A model generated the notes under the pieces. That model saw only the letters and a program-made list of their open reading frames with translations. It did no database searches and was not told where the DNA came from. Below, in pieces: positions 27,052 through 35,580 of a stretch of 64,000 nucleotides of DNA (the first letter of the stretch is position 1; every line of letters starts with the position of its first letter). The stretch is from Minisyncoccota bacterium (GTDB lineage: Bacteria; Patescibacteriota; Minisyncoccia; JBAYJV01): positions 213,438 to 277,437 of the forward strand of contig JBAYJV010000001.1 in NCBI GenBank assembly GCA_041664925.1. Reading direction: 5' to 3'. A program made the translations under genes and the position numbers.

Positions 27052-27912
27052 CTATAAAGACAAAACAGATTGTTTTGTATATTTTAAATTAAGATTTTTA
27101 TGAATATTTTTTATAAAAATTTTTCCTGTTTTTTTATTATCTTTTTTCTGTGTCCCATTTTTAATGTGATATTCGATTCCGCTATCTTCACAAAATCTAG
27201 TAACTGTTTCAGCGCAATCATGATAAAAGTCCCCCTTATAACTGAATTGTGTCGATTCTACGTTGTAATTCAATTTTCCAAAAATAATTTTATTCACAAA
27301 AGAAACTTTTTTTAGAATTTTTAGTAAATCTTGCTTTACCAAATTTTCAGTTGGATATGGCTCCATACTAATCCAGGTTTTCAAGCCTTTGTTGTGTAAA
27401 AATTTTAATGATTCAATTCTTTTTCCATAAGGAGCTGTGTACGGTTCAAATCTTGTTTTAAATTTTTTATCTAAAGAAACTAAAGTAATCCCATATTCAT
27501 TATTTTTGCCATATTTTTTAGTATTAGTTAGGTCTTTCGGGTAAATTCCTTTTGTTAAAACCGTACAACGAATATTGTCTTTATTTAATCTTTCTATAAT
27601 TCTTAGAGTTAGATCCGTTACTTCTGGGTATTTATACATAAAAGGATCTGTAGAAAAACAGAGATGAACAAATTTAATCTTATTTTTATATTTAGGAATT
27701 TCTTTATCCAGTAGCTCTAAGGCGTTAATTACTATTTTGGGTTGTAACCATTCTTCGTAACTTTTTATTATTCCGCATCTTTTTTTCATCATCATTGCAT
27801 AGCAAGGAAATTTACACCCGTGAGCGCATCCCTCTACATGATTTATACAAAAATCAGCATATTCAACACCGCTTCTATATAATAAAGTTTTTCTTTTTAT
27901 TTGAGAAATCAT
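27052..27912 (-). CDS. radical-SAM-related three-Cys protein (SplB/DNA-repair-photolyase-like, COG1533-type)
   Basis: INHVEGCAHGCKFPCYA resembles the NPYxGCxHGCxYCYA box but with C-x3-C-x3-C spacing. Confidence 0.45.
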   Translation of the reverse strand: MISQIKRKTLLYRSGVEYADFCINHVEGCAHGCKFPCYAMMMKKRCGIIKSYEEWLQPKIVINALELLDKEIPKYKNKIKFVHLCFSTDPFMYKYPEVTDLTLRIIERLNKDNIRCTVLTKGIYPKDLTNTKKYGKNNEYGITLVSLDKKFKTRFEPYTAPYGKRIESLKFLHNKGLKTWISMEPYPTENLVKQDLLKILKKVSFVNKIIFGKLNYNVESTQFSYKGDFYHDCAETVTRFCEDSGIEYHIKNGTQKKDNKKTGKIFIKNIHKNLNLKYTKQSVLSL

Positions 27913-27936
27913 ATTCTTACTTTTATTATAACATTT

Positions 27937-29022
27937 TTAGATTAAGCTGAATAATTCTTTTTCATTAAACGATCTTGCACCTTTTCTTTTGTTATTCCTA
28001 ATTAATTTTCCTTCTTTTTCTAATGAAACAAGAACCTCCTTAAAGTCTTGTTTCCTATAACAGTGTTTTCCTGTTAATAATCTATCTAATATCTTATCCA
28101 ATGAAATATTAACTGTTCCATTAAATACTTTATACACTTCTATTTTTAAATCTTGCAAAAAAAACAAAGTATTTCTTGTTGGTTCTTTTTTAACAAACTC
28201 ATCTTTCATTTTTTCCAATCCTCTAAGATTTTTCGTAGCATATATTAAATAGTAAATGTGATTGCCTATTGAATTTTTAATGTTTTTAACAGCATAGTAT
28301 TTAAAACCAATTGAAATCAGATTTGTAAGATATATGTCTAGATATTTTTCTCTTGCAACTCTTGGAGAAATCCTATTCTTTTTTCTTTCTCGATATACAT
28401 TCTTCCAATCCTTGCAACCAAAAATTAAATCAATTTTATTTTCCATTTCCATATTGATTTCTTTCTTCTCTTCTAGTGGCATATAACGACTAATTGCCAT
28501 ACCGAAAGGAAAATTAATTAAAGCCTCTGCTTTGCTTCTCTCTCCGATCTTTCTAATTGTATCCCAATATAAATCTCCTGCTTGAGGATCTAGTAAAGCC
28601 ATAAAAGGTGTATTTTCATTAAATTGCTTTAAGATTGAATCAATTTCTTTATTGCAATCACCATTTTTTATTACAACGTTCCTTTTGGAAAAATCTCCGC
28701 TTACAATATTTTTTAAACAATCACATTTGTTTTGATCTAGTTCAATAAAAAAATATTTAGTAAATGGAGGTTCTATGCTTAATGATATTAACGTTGATCC
28801 TTTCTTGGTTTCTTTTGTCTTTTTGGTTTTACAAAGCCCAGAGCCAGCAAATGCATCAATAAAACAATATTCTTTAAAGCCTGCAAAATTTAAAATATTT
28901 GAATAAGCACCCAAATATTTTCTAATATATTCTAATTTTAACTCTGTCCATTTTCCTATATCGTTACCGAAAACCTTTTTTGCCATATTTTTATAAATTA
29001 TTATATTTTTTCTTAAATCCAT
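27937..29022 (-). CDS. SAM-methyltransferase-like protein, possibly three-Cys-motif partner (TcmP-like)
   Basis: FIDAFAGSGL motif-I-like box; adjacent to the three-Cys protein; track start at 29049 overlaps the upstream terminator. Confidence 0.4.
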   Translation of the reverse strand: MDLRKNIIIYKNMAKKVFGNDIGKWTELKLEYIRKYLGAYSNILNFAGFKEYCFIDAFAGSGLCKTKKTKETKKGSTLISLSIEPPFTKYFFIELDQNKCDCLKNIVSGDFSKRNVVIKNGDCNKEIDSILKQFNENTPFMALLDPQAGDLYWDTIRKIGERSKAEALINFPFGMAISRYMPLEEKKEINMEMENKIDLIFGCKDWKNVYRERKKNRISPRVAREKYLDIYLTNLISIGFKYYAVKNIKNSIGNHIYYLIYATKNLRGLEKMKDEFVKKEPTRNTLFFLQDLKIEVYKVFNGTVNISLDKILDRLLTGKHCYRKQDFKEVLVSLEKEGKLIRNNKRKGARSFNEKELFSLI

Positions 29023-29055
29023 TTTAACGAACAATAAATAATTATGCAAAAAAAT

Positions 29056-29084
29056 ACCTGTATTAACAGGTATTAAAAACTTCT
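29056..29084 (-). terminator. terminator AATACCTGTtaatACAGGTATTTTTTT for ORF 29106-29555
   Basis: perfect 9-bp stem + T run on the minus strand. Confidence 0.65.
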
Positions 29085-29105
29085 ATTGAACGGCCAAATA
29101 AATCT

Positions 29106-29555
29106 TTATTCTAACTTAAGGGTATTATTATCAATAATCTTTCCGTAAAAATCTAACCTTTCACCTGTTTGATCATTAATTCCTAAGCTCAAATAACTAT
29201 TGTCTTTTGCTTTAAAATCCCAAAATCTTTCGCTATCACCTTTTTTAAACATTCCTTCTCCTTGAATTTCTTCAGCGACAGCATGAGTCGAATATAGAAA
29301 TTTAAATTTTTTTCCTTCAAAATTAAGTTCTTTTGAAAACGGTTGCTGAAAAAAAGTTTTTATTTCTTTAACCAAAAGAAACATATTGCTATTCAAGTCA
29401 TCCGCAAAAACATAACCATCATTTAAACAACATTTGATATAAAAACTGCCATCGTCAAACCTGAATTTAACCACTTCTTCTACGATAAAATCTTTTCCAT
29501 CGGCTGATAATTTTATGTTCGGTTTAATTTTTGTACGAAATTCTGCAACTTCCAT
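29106..29555 (-). CDS. hypothetical 149-aa protein
   Basis: ORF track. Confidence 0.45.
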   Translation of the reverse strand: MEVAEFRTKIKPNIKLSADGKDFIVEEVVKFRFDDGSFYIKCCLNDGYVFADDLNSNMFLLVKEIKTFFQQPFSKELNFEGKKFKFLYSTHAVAEEIQGEGMFKKGDSERFWDFKAKDNSYLSLGINDQTGERLDFYGKIIDNNTLKLE

Positions 29556-29567
29556 AAATAGTTTATT

Positions 29568-29807
29568 TTATGATTTCTTTTTTAATTTCTTTATCATATC
29601 AACCAAGGCAATTAAAACACCGATGCCCATCAGTCCATATCCTACTAATCTATTTTCTCCAAAAATAATTCCTGCCAGCACAAAAGCAAAAGCTAAGCCG
29701 GCGAGAGGAGAAAGTTTGCTCCCTGATTTTTTTCCTTTCATAAAAAACATCAAGCTTGCGATAACCGCTAATACTGCTATGGCGATTATAATATAAATCT
29801 GTTTCAT
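29568..29807 (-). CDS. small two-TM membrane protein
   Basis: 79 aa, two hydrophobic helices, Lys-rich C-terminus. Confidence 0.45.
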   Translation of the reverse strand: MKQIYIIIAIAVLAVIASLMFFMKGKKSGSKLSPLAGLAFAFVLAGIIFGENRLVGYGLMGIGVLIALVDMIKKLKKKS

Positions 29808-29824
29808 GTTTATAATTTTATAAT

Positions 29825-30409
29825 TTATTTTTCCAAAATAATTTTTAATAACTCTGGAAATTCTTCAGTTCCCATATGGCTTATTACATAATGTCCGTGA
29901 TTTTTTAATTCAATAATTTTTCCTCCTAATGCTTCGTGAAAAATTTTTAAACTTTCTTTTCCGTCACTTTCTTCATCGTCAGAAGTAAACATGATTATTT
30001 CGCCAACTCTTGATTTTATACTCCCGTCAATTTGATAGTTATAAAAAGCTTCTCTCGCTTCATCGCCCAAATCATTAATTTTCCATGGGGCAACAAGGAT
30101 GAGTTTGGAAATTTTTTTCTTTGTTTCCCCAAGCCAACGAACTAAAAAAGCACAACCACAGCTGTGCCCGATTAAAATTGTGTTTTCCCCAATATCATAT
30201 TTCTCAAACTCATTTTTATATTTTGTATAATCAGGCTTCCATGGGGTTGGCATGAGGGGCGTTTCCGTTTCTATTCCTCTTTTTAACAACTCTTTTTTAA
30301 TCCATGGCATCCAGTGTTTATCATAATCCCTTGTTTCCGGACTCATCGCTTTTTCAACATTCGAAGGACAACCATGAATAATAAAAACTTTTCCTTGTGT
30401 AAGTTTCAT
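29825..30409 (-). CDS. alpha/beta hydrolase (YdeN/RBBP9-like serine hydrolase)
   Basis: GHSCG nucleophile-elbow motif. Confidence 0.6.
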   Translation of the reverse strand: MKLTQGKVFIIHGCPSNVEKAMSPETRDYDKHWMPWIKKELLKRGIETETPLMPTPWKPDYTKYKNEFEKYDIGENTILIGHSCGCAFLVRWLGETKKKISKLILVAPWKINDLGDEAREAFYNYQIDGSIKSRVGEIIMFTSDDEESDGKESLKIFHEALGGKIIELKNHGHYVISHMGTEEFPELLKIILEK

Positions 30410-30424
30410 AAAAAACATGAAAAT

Positions 30425-30862
30425 TTATAATTTTATCCCCCGAAATTTCATATAGTCTTTTATAGTTTTGTCGTAACTCTCAGCCAAATTCATTTCAAGG
30501 GCTTCTTTTGGACTAACCCACTTATATTCAACTAGTTCTTTGTTATCAATTTTAACATCAGGGGTCTCTGTTTTACAGAAAATATCAAAATAAACAAAAT
30601 GAGCCGGTCTATCAAAATCCTGAGAGTCAATAAGTTCACCATATGAAATTATCCCTTCTGATTTGAGAGATAATCCCACCTCTTCTTCAGCCTCTCTTAA
30701 AAGTGCTTCATTAATTGTTTCGCCAGGCTCAATATGACCACCTGGCATTGTCCATTTATTGTGCCATTTCGGTGATTTGACAAGCAATATTTTGCCATCA
30801 GAATTTTCAATGATAGCCGAACCAACCACCTCTACGCCTCTTGGAAATTTATTATCTTTCAT
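30425..30862 (-). CDS. NUDIX hydrolase
   Basis: GGHIEPGETINEALLREAEEEVGL Nudix box. Confidence 0.75.
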   Translation of the reverse strand: MKDNKFPRGVEVVGSAIIENSDGKILLVKSPKWHNKWTMPGGHIEPGETINEALLREAEEEVGLSLKSEGIISYGELIDSQDFDRPAHFVYFDIFCKTETPDVKIDNKELVEYKWVSPKEALEMNLAESYDKTIKDYMKFRGIKL

Positions 30863-30921
30863 AAATACATAAATTATTAATGTGATTTTATTCTGTGCAA
30901 GCTGTAGTTAAGTTATTGTAG

Positions 30922-31272
30922 TTATACTAACCTTTCAACAAATTCAACTTTATTTTTATCTGGATCTAATACGCTAAAGTTTTTACCCCATTTCTGAATA
31001 GTTAACTCTTTGTAAATTTGCACATTCTTTTGTTGTAGCAACTCATACCAATTTTCGATTCCACTCTCCATAGAAATAATTACCGTTTGAGCTCCTGGCA
31101 ATTCTCTTTCTTTGTCTTTCTTCTTGATGCCTAATTTTGCGCCATTGGAAAAAATAAAAGACACATACTTATCGCCATCTTGATATTCAAGATTAAAGCC
31201 AAAAATATCCCGATAAAATTCGGTAATTTTGTTAATGTTATCTGTATAAAATACTGCGGTTTCTAGGTTCAT
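30922..31272 (-). CDS. VOC/glyoxalase-family protein
   Basis: size and beta-alpha-beta(3) pattern; weak motif support. Confidence 0.45.
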   Translation of the reverse strand: MNLETAVFYTDNINKITEFYRDIFGFNLEYQDGDKYVSFIFSNGAKLGIKKKDKERELPGAQTVIISMESGIENWYELLQQKNVQIYKELTIQKWGKNFSVLDPDKNKVEFVERLV

Positions 31273-31667
31273 ATATGAGTTAACCAATTCTTCATTGGCA
31301 TAACTATGTCGTCAATCACATTATATTCTATGATTAGGCTGGCAATTCCCTTGGTTGTGTCTTTTATTTGTGTTCCTTTTTTTGCTATAACAATTACTTT
31401 TTTATTAAGAGTAAAAGCCATGCCAGCTTCTATAGCCCTTCCCGTTGGTTTATTTGTCATATCAATTAACAATACATCTGATTTACTGATTTCGTCTTTG
31501 GCTCGTTTCATCAGCTCCTGAGGATTATTAAATATTTTTATGTAATTTTCAATATCTCGGATAAAACAAAAGTCTTCAAAACCAGCCATTCTTACAAGTT
31601 CGCAAAGATGTTCAATTTCTTTCTTATTTTCTCCATTTTGAAAACTAGCTGTTATAAAGACTTTCAT
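31269..31667 (-). CDS. nucleoside 2-deoxyribosyltransferase-like protein
   Basis: LLIDMT...GRAIEAGMA...KKVIVI pattern. Confidence 0.45.
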   Translation of the reverse strand: MKVFITASFQNGENKKEIEHLCELVRMAGFEDFCFIRDIENYIKIFNNPQELMKRAKDEISKSDVLLIDMTNKPTGRAIEAGMAFTLNKKVIVIAKKGTQIKDTTKGIASLIIEYNVIDDIVMPMKNWLTHI

Positions 31668-31847
31668 AGATATACAAAGTAAAATTTCGTGGACTGGGAG
31701 GGACTTGTCCCAGAAACTTCTATCCCGATAATTCGGGATTAGAATTTCGGGATCCCGTCATTGTAATTCCGGTAAACCGGAATAACAAGTGACTGGGAAA
31801 CCCTCTACCTCCCCGGCATGCCGGGGTGTTCTACCATCCTTAATATA
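31668..31847 (-). promoter_or_regulatory. GC-rich multi-hairpin element between tRNA-Ala and the downstream gene (CCCCGGCATGCCGGGG, TTCCGGTTTACCGGAA, CCCGAATTATCGGG, CTGGGAcaagtcccTCCCAG; contains AGAAGTTTCTGGGAC)
   Basis: hairpins belong to the same families used in the leader modules. Confidence 0.4.
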
Positions 31848-31918
31848 TGGACTCACCGGGAATCGAACCCGGATATCGACAATGCGAATGTCGCGTAATA
31901 CCGTTATACTATGAGCCC
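31848..31918 (-). tRNA. tRNA-Ala (anticodon CGC)
   Basis: cloverleaf folds by hand; G3:U70; anticodon loop UUCGCAU; T-loop GGUUCGAUUCC; CCA not encoded. Confidence 0.85.
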
Positions 31919-32033
31919 ATTGAAGGAAACTCAAAACTTAAATCTCAAAACGCAAAACCATAACTTAAAACTAAAAGCTTAATAGTTTTAATTTTTGAAT
32001 TTTGGCTTTAACTTTTGAGCTTTGAGCTCTAAG

Positions 32034-32477
32034 CTATCCTCTTATCTTTCTCGCAATTCTTCTCAAGGTTTCATCTTCGGCTTTTTCACCCGACCTGGTA
32101 TCAATAAATCCCGGGTAATTTTCATAATAAACCGTTTCATCAGAAGCAGTCATTTTGGATTCATCATCATTGTGCATCGGATAAAGCTTTATATGAGCAT
32201 GATCGACTCCGGTACCCTCAATTACCAAAGCGACTCTTTCTACCTCCAATTTTTTCTTTAAAATATGACTGAGCGCTTTTCCCGAAGTTAAAAAATTGCG
32301 AAATGTTTCCTCGGGCATTTTTGTAAAATCGGAAGGATAGTGGATTTTTGAAATCACAACTGCTTGTCCCTCGGTATTGGGAAACAAGTCTAAAATTCCG
32401 ATGCTATTTTTATCTTCGTAAATTTTATGCGCTTCGATCTCGCCTGAAATAATTTTACAAAATAGACACTTAGGCAT
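32034..32477 (-). CDS. HIT-family (histidine triad) hydrolase
   Basis: CLFCKII...HxHxK pattern. Confidence 0.7.
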   Translation of the reverse strand: MPKCLFCKIISGEIEAHKIYEDKNSIGILDLFPNTEGQAVVISKIHYPSDFTKMPEETFRNFLTSGKALSHILKKKLEVERVALVIEGTGVDHAHIKLYPMHNDDESKMTASDETVYYENYPGFIDTRSGEKAEDETLRRIARKIRG

Positions 32478-32495
32478 ATTTGAATTTAAAATAAT

Positions 32496-33065
32496 TTAGG
32501 CCTTGCTAACTCTTTCCGTGTAATCACCTGTTTCGGTATTCACCATAATTCTGTCGCCTGTGTTTATGAAAACAGGAGCTTTTATTTCTGTGCCATTTTC
32601 AAGAACAATCATTTTTGTTCCTCTCTGGGCAGCATCGGATTTGTCTCCCGGAGGCGCTTCTTTTACTAGAAATTCCATTTTAACGGGGATTTCCAAGGAA
32701 ACAATTTTTTCATCAAATTCCATCGCTCTAACAATGCTGTTTGGTTTTAAAAATCTTACCTGATCGCCAATAATCTTTTCTTCAATCATAAACCTTTTTG
32801 AGGGATTATTTATTTCACAAAACCAAAACTCGCCTCGATGGCTATAAAGATATTTAATTTCTCGCTTTGAAATATCGGCTTCTTCAAAGGTATCAGCCGC
32901 CCTGAAGCTTAAAGTCAGCACATTTCCTGAAATCAAGTTTTTAATTTTTGCTTGGAGCGAAGAAGCGCCCCTAGCAACAAAAACATGCTTAGATTCTAAA
33001 ACTCTGAAGGGCTGTTTTTGCCAGAGAAAAACGGTGTTTACTTTTAAATCATTAATAGACAACAT
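32496..33065 (-). CDS. efp: elongation factor P
   Basis: 189 aa; N-terminal KOW-like region with SSLQAKIKNLISG. Confidence 0.8.
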   Translation of the reverse strand: MLSINDLKVNTVFLWQKQPFRVLESKHVFVARGASSLQAKIKNLISGNVLTLSFRAADTFEEADISKREIKYLYSHRGEFWFCEINNPSKRFMIEEKIIGDQVRFLKPNSIVRAMEFDEKIVSLEIPVKMEFLVKEAPPGDKSDAAQRGTKMIVLENGTEIKAPVFINTGDRIMVNTETGDYTERVSKA

Positions 33066-33252
33066 AATTAAATTAAAAACTTAAAGTTAAAAATGCCTGC
33101 CTGCCGGTAGGCAGGAAAAATAACAATTTAAAATTAAAAATTATTAAATACTTCCGATATTTTTCACTTTTCGCTTTACGTTTTTCGTTTTTCTAATATA
33201 CCATAATTTATGAAAAAGAAAAGGCCTAGTCGCAATAACTAGGCCTATGGTA

Positions 33253-33741
33253 TCAATTACTGCTCTCTAGTTTTCCTTTTACAGAAGTTAAATTACTAAC
33301 ATGAGTAGGACTTTTCTTAATCAAACATCTTCGTGCTTGTACCGTCTGAACAGTTCTTCCAAGATATTTAGCAAGCTCACGATCTTTTGCTCCTGTAGCA
33401 ATTATTACTTTCTTAGAATCGATGATTATTTTAAACAAAATCATGATTTCTTCAAGAGTACTATACGCTTCTCCGCTGTTATAATTGTGTTCTGCGCCAA
33501 TTATATAATTCCTTTTCTTTCCCTCATTTCTTTTGTGTGGATTTCTACTTCTCCATCTTTTGTGATTCTTATAATGACGACCAGGATGATCGGCGCGCCA
33601 TTGCTTGTTATATTCTCGATCACGTTTTCTTGCTTTTTCAAGATTCTCTGTCCGCCACCAATGATCATAACATCTTCTGCACATGCCTCGTGCATAGACC
33701 TTTCTTCCGCATCCCTCCGTCTTGCACTTTTTCTCGGACAT
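33253..33741 (-). CDS. hypothetical basic protein with N-terminal Cys4 zinc finger and C-terminal HTH-like segment (ATG start; the track start is a GTG upstream)
   Basis: CKTEGCGRKVYARGMCRRCY; ELAKYLGRTVQTVQARR. Confidence 0.5.
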   Translation of the reverse strand: MSEKKCKTEGCGRKVYARGMCRRCYDHWWRTENLEKARKRDREYNKQWRADHPGRHYKNHKRWRSRNPHKRNEGKKRNYIIGAEHNYNSGEAYSTLEEIMILFKIIIDSKKVIIATGAKDRELAKYLGRTVQTVQARRCLIKKSPTHVSNLTSVKGKLESSN

Positions 33742-33925
33742 TTTCACCCTCCTTTAGAGATTCTTAGCAAAGTCATGAGCTTAGAAACTCTTAAGTCCCG
33801 TACCGTGCTTGCTCTGGTACGGGACAGTTATTATCAGCACACCTCTTCGTGTACTTGGCGAAGGACTACCTCACCTTTCCTCCCAAGAACTTCTCTTATT
33901 CTATAATATATTTATTTTTTGTCAA
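33742..33925 (-). promoter_or_regulatory. promoter TTGACA-16-TAGAAT with full leader module (AGTTCTTGG, GTCCCGTACCAGAGCAAGCACGGTACGGGAC hairpin, TAAGAGTTTCTAAGCTCA..., GCTAAGAATCTCTAAAGGAGG)
   Basis: direct reading; the -35 overlaps the 3' end of udg. Confidence 0.6.
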
Positions 33926-34508
33926 GCACTTTCTTGATTATTTTAAAGTCTTCTATAAGGGTTTCTTTTTGATTAGCATCATATACAGCAACAGCGGGGT
34001 GATAGAGAGGAATGATTTTTCGCTGTTTTTCTTCAAAAACTTGTCCTCTAATTTTGCTAATTCCTTGAACTTTATCGGTGAAACCAAATTTTTCTAAAAT
34101 ATATCTAGTCGCAAAATTGCCTAAGGTACAGATTATTTTTGGGTTAATAATTTCAATTTGCTTATCTAGATAAGAAACGCAATTAGAAATTTCGTTAGGT
34201 AGGGGATTTCGATTATCGGGCGGACGACATTTTAAAATATTGCAAATATAAACATCTTCTCTTTCAAGCCCAATCGCTTCCAAAAGTTCCGATAAAACTT
34301 CGCCTGATCTACCGCAAAATGGCCGACCCTGCAAATCTTCGTTTTTTCCCGGGGCTTCGCCAATAAACATAATTCCAGCGCTATGACTTCCTTGGCCAAT
34401 TACAGGCAAGGTTCGCGTTTTATAGAGCGGACAGTTTTGACAAGCAATAACTTGGTTTTTTACATCAAGCAATCCTTTGTCGGCTTTTGTTAGTTTATTT
34501 TTATCCAT
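33912..34508 (-). CDS. udg: uracil-DNA glycosylase, family 4
   Basis: GEAPG motif and CQNCPL Fe-S Cys cluster. Confidence 0.8.
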   Translation of the reverse strand: MDKNKLTKADKGLLDVKNQVIACQNCPLYKTRTLPVIGQGSHSAGIMFIGEAPGKNEDLQGRPFCGRSGEVLSELLEAIGLEREDVYICNILKCRPPDNRNPLPNEISNCVSYLDKQIEIINPKIICTLGNFATRYILEKFGFTDKVQGISKIRGQVFEEKQRKIIPLYHPAVAVYDANQKETLIEDFKIIKKVLDKK

Positions 34509-34606
34509 AATGTTAAAATATTTTAACCTGATTTAATTCTATCATTTTTTAAAATAATCAAAAAGTGTTACAATGAGAATTGTTATATAATTTGTAAATT
34601 AAAAAA

Positions 34607-35188
34607 ATGAAAGAAACTCTAAAAAACTTAACCAAGGCCTTTATCGGCGAATCTCAAGCGAGAAATCGCTACACTTTTTATTCAAGAGTTGCTCAAAAAG
34701 AAGGTTACGAACAAATCGGCGAAATTTTCCTCCTAACGGCTGATAATGAAAAAGCTCATGCCAAGAGACTCTTTGAGCATATTCAAGAATTAAAGAAAGA
34801 AGAAAAAGATTCTAGTGAAGTTACGGTTGAAGCTGGTATGCCAGCAGTTTATGGAACAACTATAGAAAACTTGAAAGCATCAATTGAAGGCGAAAACTTT
34901 GAAAATACAAAAATGTACCCAGAGTTTGCTGACACAGCCGAAAAAGAAGGTTATCTAGAAATCGCTAAAAGGTTGAAGGCAATTGCCATGGCTGAACTTC
35001 ATCACAAAGAAAGATACGAAAAACTTTTAGCGCAACTTGAGGCTGGAACGGTTTTTAAAAAAACAAAAGAAACTTGGTGGGTTTGTCGTGAATGCGGCTA
35101 TATCCATTTTGGCACCACTCCTCCAGAAGCTTGCCCATCTTGCGATCACCCGACCGCTTTTTATCAGGTCCAGTGTGAAAATTATTAA
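34607..35188 (+). CDS. rbr: rubrerythrin
   Basis: ferritin-like E...EXXH pairs plus C-terminal CxxC...CxxC rubredoxin domain. Confidence 0.8.
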   Translation: MKETLKNLTKAFIGESQARNRYTFYSRVAQKEGYEQIGEIFLLTADNEKAHAKRLFEHIQELKKEEKDSSEVTVEAGMPAVYGTTIENLKASIEGENFENTKMYPEFADTAEKEGYLEIAKRLKAIAMAELHHKERYEKLLAQLEAGTVFKKTKETWWVCRECGYIHFGTTPPEACPSCDHPTAFYQVQCENY

Positions 35189-35196
35189 ATATAACT

Positions 35197-35574
35197 ATGA
35201 CAAAATTAAACCAAATTTATCGCTGCAATATTTGCGGCAATATCGTTGAGATGATTCATGAAGGCGCTGGCCAGCTTGTTTGTTGCGGACAGGCCATGGA
35301 ATTACTTCTAGAAAAAACCGAAGATCAAGGAGCAGAAAAACATCTTCCTGTCGCAAAAAAAATTGATGGTGGTGTCAGAATAAAAATTGGCTCTGTCGCT
35401 CATCCTATGGAAAAAGAACATTATATTGAATGGATAGAAATCATCACTGAAGATGGGAAAGTTGGCAGAAAGTTCTTGCGTCCCGACGACAAACCAGAGG
35501 CTGATTTTTTCACGCCAAGTTCGCCAAAAACATTTAGAGCTTATTGCAATCTTCACGGATTGTGGAAGGCATAG
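35197..35574 (+). CDS. dfx: desulfoferrodoxin / superoxide reductase
   Basis: N-terminal CNICGN...CCG desulforedoxin domain + SOR domain. Confidence 0.75.
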   Translation: MTKLNQIYRCNICGNIVEMIHEGAGQLVCCGQAMELLLEKTEDQGAEKHLPVAKKIDGGVRIKIGSVAHPMEKEHYIEWIEIITEDGKVGRKFLRPDDKPEADFFTPSSPKTFRAYCNLHGLWKA

Positions 35575-35580
35575 TAAAAA

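Noticed and set aside
29056-29078. Perfect 9-4-9 palindrome as a transcription-factor operator upstream of the TcmP-like gene
   Set aside because: On the minus strand it is followed by T7. It sits right after the stop of ORF 29106-29555, so an intrinsic terminator is the simpler explanation.
33301-33906. 201-aa + strand ORF
   Set aside because: Antisense to ORF 33253-33741 and its leader. It is a low-complexity translation with no SD or promoter.
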